Shown here: positions 9,413 to 19,903 of the stretch, one piece after another | How the letters are laid out: each line of letters opens with the position of its first letter | Position numbering within the stretch: position 1 is the stretch's first letter | Source of the DNA: Rhodospirillales bacterium | GTDB lineage: Bacteria; Pseudomonadota; Alphaproteobacteria; Bin95 | Assembly: GCA_038143065.1 (NCBI GenBank) | Contig: JAYQLI010000035.1 | Location: forward strand, 256,001-320,000 | DNA: 64,000 bases | Reading direction: 5' to 3' | Notes under the pieces: generated by a model | Database searches by the model: none | What the model saw: only the letters and a program-made list of their open reading frames with translations | What the model was told of the DNA's origin: nothing | Position numbers and translations under genes: made by a program

Positions 9413-10578
9413 TCACTTTGCTGCTGGCAAAATGTTCAATTCTGACAAAATCCGAGCTCTATCCTGATCCACATCAGGAGCTGTGGGCCTTTCAGAAGGA
9501 TCTTCATAACCGGACAGCTTTACTGGATTCCCAGCGACTTTCAGCTTGCCTACCTTTGGATCATCAACCTCTATAACCATTTTTCTCGGAGCAACTTGTG
9601 GATGGGCCATTACAGCTTCAACATTATTTATGCCACTAGCTGGTATGCCTGCCGGGTCGAGCTCCGATAGCCAATCTGCAGTAGAACGTGTGGCTAGGAT
9701 ACCTTCAACCTCTGCTTCCAGTTCAGGTTGATGTTCGGTTCGGGACCCGTTGCTCTCATAACGTGGGTCATCTTTTAAATCGGGTCGGCCTATTATATCG
9801 CAGAAGCGATGGAACATTACATTATTGCCAGCCGCTATGATCATATGACCATCTAATGTCTTGAAGACTTGGAATGGCGTGATTGAAGGATGACGTCCAC
9901 CAAGGGGCCTGGAATTTCACCGGTAGCGCCGAAGCGAGCAATTGCATTCTCGCAGAACGCGATTTGGCAATCTAGCATTCCTATGTCTAACTTTCGTCCT
10001 TGACCGGTACGTTCGCGATCATACAAAGCAGTGACCATTCCGATTGTGGTATACAAGCCAGCGCCGATGTCACCAATTGACATACCTACCCGTGTAGGCT
10101 CTCCGCCAGGCTGACCGGTGATTGACATAATGCCGCCCATAGCTTGGACAACCATGTCATATGCTGGACGCTTTGAATGAGGTCCTGTGTGACCAAAGCC
10201 AGAGCAGGCTGCATATATCAATTTTGGATATTTGGAGTGCAGGTCTTCCCAGCCATAGCCAAGTTTCTCCATGGTGCCCGGGCGATAATTCTCTACAATG
10301 ATATCAGCTGTATCTAAAAGTTTCTCAAAGATCACACGATCAGCGTCATCCTTAAGGTTGAGTGCAATAGACTCTTTGCCCCTATTAACGGAAACAAAAT
10401 ATGCTGACTTTCCATTTACGAAGGGTCCGTATTCTCGGGCATCATCTCCGGTTCCCGGTGTTTCGACTTTTATAACACGCGCGCCGAGGTCTGATAAAAT
10501 CATCGTGGAAAATGGACCCGCAAGGACACGGGTAAGATCAATAACGGTTAAGCCGCTAAAAGGGCCGGCAACGGGCAT
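9413..10578 (-). CDS. CaiB/BaiF (class III) CoA-transferase; frameshift near 9900
   Basis: 'VIDLTRVLAGPF', 'LGARVIKVE', 'NRGKESIALNLK', 'ENYRPG', 'IGDIGAG'. Continues as 'GPLGGRHPSITP' after the shift into ORF 9413..9844. Confidence 0.9.
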
Positions 10579-10640
10579 GGAACTGACTCCTTTGGGAGTT
10601 TAGACTGGTTAAAAATAATTAGATGATATGAAAGTAAGCT

Positions 10641-11504
10641 ATGCAGCCAAGGTCTTGCAATCTTTACTGTTTAAGCCCGGAAGGGTTTCATCGAATACGG
10701 TACTGGGAATGGGGTGTCGAGGACTCAGCCCGCACGGTTATCTGCGTTCACGGTCTAACGCGAAACGGACGAGATTTTGATGATCTCGCTCAGTTTCTAG
10801 CGGGGCGAGGCTGGCGGGTGGTATGCCCTGACATAGTTGGCCGCGGAGAGAGTGATTGGTTGCAAAACAAAGAAAATTACGACTTCTCCACTTATGTAAA
10901 TGATATGAGCCAGCTTATTGCAAGATTAGGAGGTGCTCCTGTCCATTGGGTTGGTACATCAATGGGCGGAATAATTGGTCAGTTAATGGCGGCAAGCGAT
11001 CAGGCGCCAATAAAGCGGATGGTTCTGAACGACATAGGTCCATTAATTGATGCACAGGGACTTTCTAGGATTAAAGGCTACGTTGGTAACGATCCATCCT
11101 TTCCAAACTTTGAGGCAGCCGAGGAGGCTATCAACAAGGTCACAGACAAATTTGGCCCCATGAACAAGTCTCAAAGAAAAAGGTTTGTGGAGGTATCGAT
11201 AAGAAAACGAAGCAACGGAACGTTTACAACAAATTATGACCCCCGTATTGCTTGGGCCTTTAAAGAAAACGATCCTGAAGACATAGATATGTGGTCCCTA
11301 TGGCCACTTATTAAATGCCCAATTCTCGTTATTCGTGGTGCAGATAGTGACCTTCTTTCAGCCTCTACATCTCATCGCATGCAGACTGAAGGACCAAAAG
11401 CAGAGGAGTATGTCTTAGAAGGTGTAGGACATGCTCCAACTTTGATGTCTAGCGAAGAGATAAATCGAATAACGCTATTCTTGGAGGCAGAAAACAACCA
11501 ATGA
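10641..11504 (+). CDS. alpha/beta hydrolase, PhaZc/PhaY2 (3-hydroxybutyrate-oligomer hydrolase)-like
   Basis: 'CLSPEGFHRIRYWEWG...CVHGLTRNGRDFD...VVCPDIVGRGESDWL...WVGTSMGG...LNDIGP...YDPRIA...GVGHAP' matches the PhaZc-type pattern as I recall it. Confidence 0.7.
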   Translation: MQPRSCNLYCLSPEGFHRIRYWEWGVEDSARTVICVHGLTRNGRDFDDLAQFLAGRGWRVVCPDIVGRGESDWLQNKENYDFSTYVNDMSQLIARLGGAPVHWVGTSMGGIIGQLMAASDQAPIKRMVLNDIGPLIDAQGLSRIKGYVGNDPSFPNFEAAEEAINKVTDKFGPMNKSQRKRFVEVSIRKRSNGTFTTNYDPRIAWAFKENDPEDIDMWSLWPLIKCPILVIRGADSDLLSASTSHRMQTEGPKAEEYVLEGVGHAPTLMSSEEINRITLFLEAENNQ

Positions 11505-12340
11505 AATGCTTTCGTGAAAAACGTTTAACTGTGCTTGCTGGATCGCGATTTATCGATATCGCATATAAGGACTGGGGCGACGAAAATAATTCCAACGTCG
11601 CAATTTGTGTTCATGGTCTTTCACGAAATATGAATGACTTTGACGACTTAGCTGTAAACCTTTCTAAGAAATGGCGTGTTATCGCCGTTGACATGCCAGG
11701 GCGTGGGCAGAGTGACTGGTTGGATAACAAACTAGCCTACACTTATGAGCTTTATGAAGTCGTATGTGCCCACGTGATTGCCCTCGCTAAAGTTGAGAAG
11801 GTGGTCTGGATTGGCACATCAATGGGAGGAGTACTTGGAATGCGGCTTGCCGCAAACGGCGCTCCTTTTGCAAAGCTAATTCTTAATGATATTGGCCCTT
11901 TTATTCCTGCGGAAGGCCGCAAACACAATCAAGCTAATTTTGGCGGTGACCCTATATTTAAAACAGAATCAGAAGCTATTGCGTACATAAAGCAAACTCG
12001 AAGTACGTTCGGTCCTTTTACCGAAGCTGGTTGGTTGAAATTTGGGCGTGATAGCCTCCGCCAACTAAATGATGGAAGCTGGACACTTCACTATGATCCT
12101 GGTCTCGCTTCAAAAGCGCCGATTACAGATAGTGATATGTGGGAACTCTGGCCCAAAGTAAGGGTGCCAGTTCTAACTATTTGGGGAGAAGACTCTCGTT
12201 TGTTAACAGCTCCTACGGTTGATCGAATGGCTCATTCTGGCCCCAAGACAGAAGTTTTTAGTCTGCCAGGAGTTGGTCACTGTCCTGGGCTTACCTCACT
12301 ACCCGAGATTTCAGCCATAGCTAACTTTATTGAAAGATAG
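11501..12340 (+). CDS. alpha/beta hydrolase, tandem paralog of the preceding gene
   Basis: 'CVHGLSRNMNDFD', 'GRGQSDWL', 'WIGTSMGG', 'LNDIGP', 'YDPGLA', 'GVGHCP'. ATGA overlap with the previous gene. Confidence 0.8.
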   Translation: MKCFREKRLTVLAGSRFIDIAYKDWGDENNSNVAICVHGLSRNMNDFDDLAVNLSKKWRVIAVDMPGRGQSDWLDNKLAYTYELYEVVCAHVIALAKVEKVVWIGTSMGGVLGMRLAANGAPFAKLILNDIGPFIPAEGRKHNQANFGGDPIFKTESEAIAYIKQTRSTFGPFTEAGWLKFGRDSLRQLNDGSWTLHYDPGLASKAPITDSDMWELWPKVRVPVLTIWGEDSRLLTAPTVDRMAHSGPKTEVFSLPGVGHCPGLTSLPEISAIANFIER

Positions 12341-12350
12341 CCGAACCCCT

Positions 12351-13295
12351 ATGAACAAAGTCAAACTTGGATATTTGCTGCCCACTCGGGAAAGAATTAT
12401 GAGTGGCCAGCAAGGGACTAAACCTATTATCAATTTAGCCTGTTATGCAGAGGACCTCGGCTATGACTCCATTTGGATTGGAGACTCCATCACGGCTAAA
12501 CCCCGTCATGACGCTTTGATTATTCTGGCAGGTATTGCGGCCGTAACTGAGAGAATTGAACTTGGTACTGCGGTTCTCCTTCCAATGATACGTAATCCCG
12601 GCTTACTTGCTCATCAGGTGGCAACTTTGGATCAATTGAGTCAGGGACGTCTGATTTTGGGTGTAGGAACAGCCCGAGATGTGCCCGCTATTAGAAAAGA
12701 ATTTGAAGCGGTTGGTGTTCCTTTTGAGAAGCGAATTGGAAGAATGTTAGAGGGCATCAATCTTGCAAAAGCTTTATGGAGAGGAGGGCCCGTAACATGG
12801 AGTGGACGTTGGAAAACCAATTCTGTTGAGATCGGCCCATTACCTTTTCGAGATGGCGTACCTCCAATTTGGGGTGGGGGAGCAGCTGAAGGGGCTTTAA
12901 AGCGTGCTGGGAAATATTTTGATGGATGGTTTCCATCTGGGCCATCTGATGTATCAAAATTTTCTGAGGGCCTGAAAATTGTTCGAGATTGTGCTTCTGA
13001 AGCGGGACGAAACCCAGACGATGTGGTGCCTGCGATGTATGTCACTGTTTGTATCAACCCAGATGAGCAAAAGGCTGAAGCAGAACTAAATGCTTATTTA
13101 GAAGCTTATTATCTATTGCCTGCATCGCAAATTCGGCAACAGCAGGCATCATTTGCGGGTACAGAGGAACAAGTAAGTGAATGGCTTGCCAGTTTTGTAG
13201 ATGCTGGATGCTCCCACCTTTGCATTCGTCCAGTTGGAGAAACTAGAGAGCAGATGGAGCGTGTTATTAGTCTCCGGAAATTAATTGGAGCCTAA
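12351..13295 (+). CDS. LLM-class (luciferase-like) flavin-dependent oxidoreductase
   Basis: 'AEDLGYDSIWIGD', 'TERIELGTAV', 'ATLDQLSQGRLILGVG', 'PPIWGGG'. Confidence 0.9.
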   Translation: MNKVKLGYLLPTRERIMSGQQGTKPIINLACYAEDLGYDSIWIGDSITAKPRHDALIILAGIAAVTERIELGTAVLLPMIRNPGLLAHQVATLDQLSQGRLILGVGTARDVPAIRKEFEAVGVPFEKRIGRMLEGINLAKALWRGGPVTWSGRWKTNSVEIGPLPFRDGVPPIWGGGAAEGALKRAGKYFDGWFPSGPSDVSKFSEGLKIVRDCASEAGRNPDDVVPAMYVTVCINPDEQKAEAELNAYLEAYYLLPASQIRQQQASFAGTEEQVSEWLASFVDAGCSHLCIRPVGETREQMERVISLRKLIGA

Positions 13296-14113
13296 TCTAA
13301 AAGTTCGAGCCACTCCTGGAAAACGTCACAGCAGAGGTCTGGATTGGAGAGAAAAAGCCTGTGTTTAGCATCAGCGAATGCGGCTTCACGATAATTAGGT
13401 AGTCGCTCTTTCAGTATTCTGGCCTGCTCTAGGTCAACAAATGGTGATTTTTGAGCAACAAAATTTAGAACTGGCATTGTAAGTAAATCGAGTTTTTCTC
13501 CCAAATCTGCGTTCCTTAGTGTGGAGACTAGTGCAGCTGCAGCTTCGGGCATTACGTCAAGTTGGCAAGATTCAGCCCATTTTATTATCTTTTCGTTATC
13601 GCTTGCAGGATTAAAGCTTCCTGAAAGGATCATATCCGACCACTTTTTTAAGCCGCCAGTTTCTTTTATGACCGATGGCCAGTCAGAAATATTATTTACT
13701 AAATCACCGCGCCAGCCTGTGGACGCAACGGCGATAGCGGAAACAAGTTGTGGCCTCGTTACGGCCATATAAAGTCCCACCGTTCCTCCGAAACTTTCGC
13801 CAATAAATATGCAGCGTTCTATATCTAAACTGGTTAAAACGTCACTGATATCGTCCGCGTAGTCTTCTAGATCTTGGCTAGGCTGTTTCCAGACAGCTTT
13901 CGATGATCCATGGCCGCGCATATCAATCGCGACGCAGGCTCTGCTAGCAGATACGCGTCGTATCCAGGGCAACCAAGCTCTGCTATCCAAGCCAAGGCCA
14001 TGTTGGAAAACCAGGGGCAGCTTGTTCGTATCCCATGGATTGGTCAAATCAATTGATCTAAATCCGACCCCCTTTGGACTGTATTTAATTGTATCAATAC
14101 CGCTCTGGCTCAA
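13292..14113 (-). CDS. alpha/beta hydrolase
   Basis: 'FQHGLG', 'DMRGHGSS', nucleophile elbow 'GESFGG', C-terminal 'AKHRLF'. TTG start overlaps the upstream stop. Confidence 0.85.
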   Translation of the reverse strand: MSQSGIDTIKYSPKGVGFRSIDLTNPWDTNKLPLVFQHGLGLDSRAWLPWIRRVSASRACVAIDMRGHGSSKAVWKQPSQDLEDYADDISDVLTSLDIERCIFIGESFGGTVGLYMAVTRPQLVSAIAVASTGWRGDLVNNISDWPSVIKETGGLKKWSDMILSGSFNPASDNEKIIKWAESCQLDVMPEAAAALVSTLRNADLGEKLDLLTMPVLNFVAQKSPFVDLEQARILKERLPNYREAAFADAKHRLFLSNPDLCCDVFQEWLELLD

Positions 14114-15767
14114 TTTGATTGCCCCCCCTCTACAGCGGTCGGTAGAATGTAATCCTTAAACCGCTCACGGAGCTGTAACTTGGAGAGTTTCCCGGTAGCT
14201 GTATGAGGAAGTTCGTCTACAAAAACGATATCATCCGGTGTCCACCATTTAGCAATTTTACCTTCTAAGAATGACAGCATTTCATTCTTATTGAGGTCTT
14301 GACCAGTTTGAGTCTTGACAACCACAAGGAGAGGGCGCTCATCCCATTTGGGGTGAGGCATTCCTATGGCAGCAGCCTCCGCGACCTTTGGATGGCCAAC
14401 CGCTATATTTTCAAGATCGATCGAACTAATCCATTCACCACCAGACTTAATTACATCCTTTAGCCTGTCAGTTATCCATATGTACCCATCTGGATCAATT
14501 GCACAAACGTCACCTGTGCTAAACCAACCTTCTTCGGCATGTGCTTCTGCTTTTTCATCTAAGTTGAAGTAGTCACTTATTATCCACGGTCCAGTGACCT
14601 TCAGCTCTCCTGTCGCCTTCCCATCATTTGGCAATGTTTTGCCGTCTTCGTCGACAATTTTCATATCAACACCAAAAAGCACCCTACCCGCACTCTGCTG
14701 AAGGTCCATCTTCTCAACTTCACTAAGACTGTGGTGTTTCATCTTTGGGGTGTTAAGGGTTCCAAGCGGTGACATCTCTGTCATTCCCCATGCATGTAAT
14801 ACTTGCACGCCATATTTATTCTGGAAAGTTTCCATCATGGCACGCGGGCATGCAGATCCACCAATTACCACCCTTTCGAGATTGTCCAGAGTACCGTTTA
14901 TCTCTTGGATATGAGCGAGTAGCATCATCCAAATAGTTGGCACAGCAGCTGTAAAATTTACTTTTTCGGCAGTTATCAAGTCATAAATACTTTTTCCATC
15001 TAAATCGCGCCCAGGAAGTACTAACTTACATCCAGTAGCGGCTGCTGCATAAGGCGTGCCCCAAGCGTTGACATGAAACATTGGGACAACAGGCATTACT
15101 GTATCGCGGCTAGATAAGCCCATACAGTCGGGTGCTATCTGAGCTAGGGCATGAATAATTGTAGACTTATGGGCATATAGTGCACCCTTAGGGTTTCCGG
15201 TGGTGCCACTTGTGTAACAAAGGGCAGCTGCAGAATTGTCATCGAAGGTTGGCCAGTGAAAGTCATGATCCTCCGAAGCGATTAGGTCTTCATAGCAAAT
15301 TGATTGCGCAGTCCGGATACATCCGGCATGTGCTCTTTGTCAGTGAGGACAATCACTCCTTTTACATTTGGAACTTTTGGGAGGAGATCTTCAACAAGTC
15401 CAATGAAAGTAGTGTCTATAACTAGGAACTGGTCATCTGCATGGTTTACAACATATTCCAATTGGTCGGGAAAAAGGCGAGGGTTGATAGTATGAGTGAT
15501 GGCTCCTATCCCAGATATGCCATAGTAAGCTTCTAGGTGACGATATGTATTCCAGGCTAACGTGCCTATCCGATCACCTTCTTTAATGCCCAAGTTAATT
15601 AAGGCCTTTGCAAGTTGCTTGGCTCTATTCTCCGCATCAGCCCAGGTATATCGATGAATTGGGCCTTCTACTGTCTTAGTGACTATTTCCTGATCGCTAT
15701 GCCATTTTCCAGCATGTGCAATCAAGCTGGAGATTAATAACGGGCGGTCCATCATTTTTGCGAGCAT
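14110..15767 (-). CDS. acyl-CoA ligase of DmdB (3-methylmercaptopropionyl-CoA ligase)/fatty acid-CoA ligase type; frameshift near 15300
   Basis: '[12 protein letters not shown]', '[14 protein letters not shown]', 'HTINPRLF', then after the shift '[13 protein letters not shown]', '[11 protein letters not shown]', 'AWGMTEMSP', '[13 protein letters not shown]', 'TATGKLSK'. Confidence 0.85.
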
Positions 15768-15857
15768 TTGCGTGCATTCCCTGTAGATGAGCATTCAGGT
15801 TAGACTTTAAGCTTATACATGCAGGGACATTTTTGTCTCTGCAAGAGGACTGTATTT

Positions 15858-17054
15858 GTGAAATTAATACATACTTTTCGCCAAACTGAGTTAGGGCTGA
15901 ATTACAGAGTAATTCTTGCTGCATTCACTATGGCATTTTTTGCTTGGGGAATGATTTTCTATGCTCATGGTGTCTTCAAGGTAGTTCTGGAAGAAAAGCA
16001 TGGTTGGTCTTCTTCTTTTATGTCTCTTGCCCAATCATGGTTTTGGTTCGTTGGAGCAATTTCAGCCTTTGCTGTTGGTGCGATGATTGACCGATATGGT
16101 GCTCGTACTGTTGCTTACTATGGAGTTTGTGCGACTGCAGTTGGTCTTGTTAGCATCTCGTTGGTTTATGAGCCTTGGCAGCTTTTTTTAGCATTCTTTA
16201 TTTTAGCAACGGCTTATCCCACTATTGGAAATCTTGGAATTTCTGCTGCCTTAGCTCCGATCTTTGAGGTTCGATATGCTGCTGCACTATCATTTGCATT
16301 GACTGGAGCCAGTGTTGGTGGAGCAATCGTTACGCCAGCATATATTTTTCTCACAAAAGACCTTGGGTTTGAGTTGGCATCATGGGTTCTAGCTATTGCT
16401 ACTCTGCTTGTTTTATCTCCAATTTTGCTATGGCTGCCTTCTTCTACTCCCTCAAAAGATCTGAATAGAGATGTTGAGGAACAGGAAGTATTCAGAAACT
16501 CTCTCTGCTCTCCAATTTTTTGGGTCATATTTTTAACCGGTTTGTTTTCATTCACCGGCCAGGTTGGTTTCTTGTTTCAAGAGATATCAATTTTTCAGCC
16601 GCGAATGGGGCTTGAGAATGCTGGTTACGCTGTAAGCTTAACGGTAATTGGTGCTGCTTTTGGACGATTTATTTTGGGGTGGACAGCGGGATTGTTCCAG
16701 CTGAGGTTAGTAGCTGCGGCAGTTTACCTGGTCCAAGCGGCAGGCCTCTTTATCGCTATTTTATTTGAAGGTGTATTAACATCTTACATTGCCGCATTCA
16801 TCATTGGGCTAGCAGTAGGCCCCGTAGTAATGCTGCCAGCCATGCTGATTAGGGGTGCTTTTGGCCCAAAAGGCTTTGGTAAGATGTTTGGTCTGGCAAG
16901 TATTGGTATGTTTGCGGGCATGATGATTGGCCCAAGCATAACGGGGATTACAGCGGCTTCCTTCGGCTTTGAGATGGCTTTACTGTGCTTGCTTGCAAGT
17001 GATGTTGTAGCTGCAATTCTAATTTTTCTTGGTTTTAAGAAGAGCGACTGTTAG
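15858..17054 (+). CDS. MFS transporter
   Basis: About 12 TM segments and motif A 'GAMIDRYGAR'. GTG start with a GAGGA RBS. Confidence 0.85.
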   Translation: MKLIHTFRQTELGLNYRVILAAFTMAFFAWGMIFYAHGVFKVVLEEKHGWSSSFMSLAQSWFWFVGAISAFAVGAMIDRYGARTVAYYGVCATAVGLVSISLVYEPWQLFLAFFILATAYPTIGNLGISAALAPIFEVRYAAALSFALTGASVGGAIVTPAYIFLTKDLGFELASWVLAIATLLVLSPILLWLPSSTPSKDLNRDVEEQEVFRNSLCSPIFWVIFLTGLFSFTGQVGFLFQEISIFQPRMGLENAGYAVSLTVIGAAFGRFILGWTAGLFQLRLVAAAVYLVQAAGLFIAILFEGVLTSYIAAFIIGLAVGPVVMLPAMLIRGAFGPKGFGKMFGLASIGMFAGMMIGPSITGITAASFGFEMALLCLLASDVVAAILIFLGFKKSDC

Positions 17055-18279
17055 CTTTTATAAAGTCCGCAACTCTGGGTTGTATTTCATCTCGCCAACG
17101 TTTCCCATTGAATACCCCATAATGACCAACGGCTGGTTGTACCCAGTCCACTTTTCTCTCTGGTGGGATGTTCAAACATAGGTCATGGGCTGCCTGCGTT
17201 TGTCCAATCCCTGATATATCGTCTTTCTCACCTTCCACGGTCATTAGTGCTGTCTTTGTAATTGCAGCAGGATCCACTTTTTCACCGCGCCAAAAAAGCT
17301 TGCCATCAGGCAAGTCATGAGTTTGAAAAACTCGTTTGATTGTGTCGAGGTAAAACTCTGCTGTCATATCCATTACTGACAGATATTCATCATAAAAGCG
17401 GCGATGCTGCTCAACACTATCCCCGTCACCACTCACAAGATTTTCATACAATTTTACATGAGCATCCATGTGGCGATCCATGTTCATTGTCATAAAGCCC
17501 GTAAGTTGCATAAAGCCAGGATAAACTCTTCTTAATGCACCTGGATAGTACACGGGAACGTTGTAAATCACATTTTGCTCGAACCAATCTAGGTCACGTG
17601 AAGTTGCCAGATGATTTGGAATTGTTGGGCTTTTACGGGTATCGATAGGGCTGCCCATTAGCGTCAGTGAGGCTGGAACGTTTGGATCATTTGCAGCGGA
17701 CATAATAGCTGTTGCAGCTAGAGCAGCAGGTCCGGGCTGGCAAACCGCTAAAACATGCAAATTGGGTCCGAGTTTTTGGCAATACTCAATTAAATAGCCA
17801 ATATAATCATCAAGATTGAAATATCCCTCTGATAGAGGAACTTCGCGCGCATCAATCCAGTCAGTAATGAATACATCGTGTTCATGAAGCATTGCCCGAA
17901 CTGTTCCACGCAGAAGTGTTGCGTAGTGTCCTGACATTGGCGCGACCAAAAGAACCTTTGGAGCATTTTTTTGATTGGACGGTAGGGCTGCTGCATCACG
18001 TTCAAAATGAAGAAGCCGTCCAAACGGATGGTCCATAACAAACTTCTCGTTAATAGGAACAACATTCTTTCCAATAACGACTTCATTTATTTCGAAAGCA
18101 GGCTTGCCATACCTTTTTGTTATGCTTTCAAAGACTTCACAGGCAGCTGCTAAGGCGCGATTAGCTGGCCATTCCGCATAGGGGTTCTGCGTCGACTGCA
18201 GAAATTGTCGTGTAGCTGTGGCGATATTTCGATATGGCCGAACGGCTGCATGGGACAATTCATAAGCTGTGTAAAGCAT
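17035..18279 (-). CDS. phaZ: intracellular polyhydroxybutyrate depolymerase (Cys-type)
   Basis: 'VAPMSGHYATLLRGTV', 'ITDWIDAR', catalytic 'AVCQP', 'TVEGEKDDISG', 'VGHYGVFNG'. Confidence 0.92.
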   Translation of the reverse strand: MLYTAYELSHAAVRPYRNIATATRQFLQSTQNPYAEWPANRALAAACEVFESITKRYGKPAFEINEVVIGKNVVPINEKFVMDHPFGRLLHFERDAAALPSNQKNAPKVLLVAPMSGHYATLLRGTVRAMLHEHDVFITDWIDAREVPLSEGYFNLDDYIGYLIEYCQKLGPNLHVLAVCQPGPAALAATAIMSAANDPNVPASLTLMGSPIDTRKSPTIPNHLATSRDLDWFEQNVIYNVPVYYPGALRRVYPGFMQLTGFMTMNMDRHMDAHVKLYENLVSGDGDSVEQHRRFYDEYLSVMDMTAEFYLDTIKRVFQTHDLPDGKLFWRGEKVDPAAITKTALMTVEGEKDDISGIGQTQAAHDLCLNIPPERKVDWVQPAVGHYGVFNGKRWRDEIQPRVADFIKANSRSS

Positions 18280-18319
18280 CGCGGCCCTCTATCTTCCGAA
18301 GACTCGTATCTTACAATAA

Positions 18320-18332
18320 ATGGTGCGGTGCA
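18320..18332. promoter_or_regulatory. PhaR-like box upstream of phaZ
   Basis: ATGGTGCGGTGCA is identical to 9346-9358 and contains TGC-N3-GCA. Confidence 0.6.
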
Positions 18333-18373
18333 GCAATTCTTTTATTCGGGATGAGGGGCTGGCTTGACCTGCC

Positions 18374-19903
18374 TTAGCTAGAGAGAATTATTGCCCAGCT
18401 CAGTGAAGCAAGAGTAATTAGAGCAAAGTAAATAAGCTTGATATTCTTTCTCTCTATTTTTTCCTCACTAGACACTTTCCTTTGTTCACTTTCGTCAATC
18501 ATGCGTTCAATCCGAGCCATTGTGCGCGGCAATCGAAGAACTGCTTCTGCGCCGTCAGAGATGACGCTAGCAATCCTCGCTTCAGGACCGCGTTGACGGC
18601 GTATCCAGTCTTCAATTAAGGGTTGTGCGAGGTGCCACATATTCACAGTTGGGTCGAGTTTTCTGCCCATACCTTCAGCCATAAGCAGCGTTTTTTGCAG
18701 TAACAGGAGCTGGGGCTGTGTTTCCATTTTGAAAGTTTCAGTAATCTCGAAAAGTTGTTGAAGGAGGCGGCCAAGCGAAATTTCGTGTAACGGTTTTCCT
18801 AGAATTGGCTCTGCTATCGACCTACAGGCCTGGGCAAAAGCTTCCTTGGACTGGCTTGCTGGCACGTACCCTGCTCGAAAATGAACGTCCGCTACCAATT
18901 GGTAATCTCTCGTGAGCATTCCAAATAGCATATCAGCTAAATAATCGCGCGTTGGGCGGTCTAATCTACCCATGATTCCAAAATCGATTACGGTTAAAGC
19001 TCCATCATCACCCACAAATACATTGCCTGGATGCATGTCCGCATGGAAAAACCCATGCTCGAATACTTGTCGGAAAAATGCGTGAGATGCAGTGCGCATT
19101 ATTTCGTGGCGATCGTGTCCAAGCTCATCCAGTCTTTCAATGTCATCCACTCTTAGACCTGTCACCCTTTCTAAAGTGAGTATTCGGCGAGCAGTTCTAG
19201 TCCAATCGATTACTGGAGCCCTAAAATTTGGTTCGTCTTCAAAATTATCACGAAGTTCGCTGGCTGCGGCGGCTTCCATCCTGAGATCCATTTCCACATG
19301 GACCGTTTCAGCAAAAGCTTCCACGACTTCAATAGGCTTCAGTCTTCTTCCGCTTGGAATTAACCGCCAAGCCCAAGCCGCCAGCCATCTAAACATTGCA
19401 ATATCGCGTTCAAAAGCTTCTTCGATACCTGGCCTTAGAATTTTAACGGCGACTTCTTCCCCTTCGAGGGTTATTGCAAAATGAACCTGGGCGATTGATG
19501 CAGCTGCTACAGGTTGTTCTTCAATTGATTTGAAAATCTGGGAGATAGGCTTTCCTAGCTGCTCTTCTATAGTTGCGAATGCGATCGGCGCGGGAAATGG
19601 AGCCAGTCTATCTTGAAGGGATGCCAGGTCATCTGCCACTTCGGAACCAAAAATATCACTTCTTGTAGAAAGAGTTTGCCCCAGCTTGATGAATGTTGGG
19701 CCCAGCTTGGTTAAAGCCGCCGCTAGCCGAATTCCTGGCCTATCTGATAGATCGGCTTGTCGGCATAACCTACTTAAGGAACGTGCCAGCCATTGGACTG
19801 GAATTGGCGATGGGGCCTCTTGAAACGCAAATAATGCATCATGCCGAGCCAATAGGTAGGCAATTCGGATGAGATGATAACTATGTTTCAAGGCTGAAAG
19901 CAT
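18374..19903 (-). CDS. ubiB: ubiquinone biosynthesis atypical kinase UbiB
   Basis: 'LGPTFIKLGQTLSTR', 'AAASIAQVH', 'VAVKILRP', 'FFHADMHPGN', 'DFGIMG', 'QPQLLLLQKT'. Confidence 0.95.
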   Translation of the reverse strand: MLSALKHSYHLIRIAYLLARHDALFAFQEAPSPIPVQWLARSLSRLCRQADLSDRPGIRLAAALTKLGPTFIKLGQTLSTRSDIFGSEVADDLASLQDRLAPFPAPIAFATIEEQLGKPISQIFKSIEEQPVAAASIAQVHFAITLEGEEVAVKILRPGIEEAFERDIAMFRWLAAWAWRLIPSGRRLKPIEVVEAFAETVHVEMDLRMEAAAASELRDNFEDEPNFRAPVIDWTRTARRILTLERVTGLRVDDIERLDELGHDRHEIMRTASHAFFRQVFEHGFFHADMHPGNVFVGDDGALTVIDFGIMGRLDRPTRDYLADMLFGMLTRDYQLVADVHFRAGYVPASQSKEAFAQACRSIAEPILGKPLHEISLGRLLQQLFEITETFKMETQPQLLLLQKTLLMAEGMGRKLDPTVNMWHLAQPLIEDWIRRQRGPEARIASVISDGAEAVLRLPRTMARIERMIDESEQRKVSSEEKIERKNIKLIYFALITLASLSWAIILSS

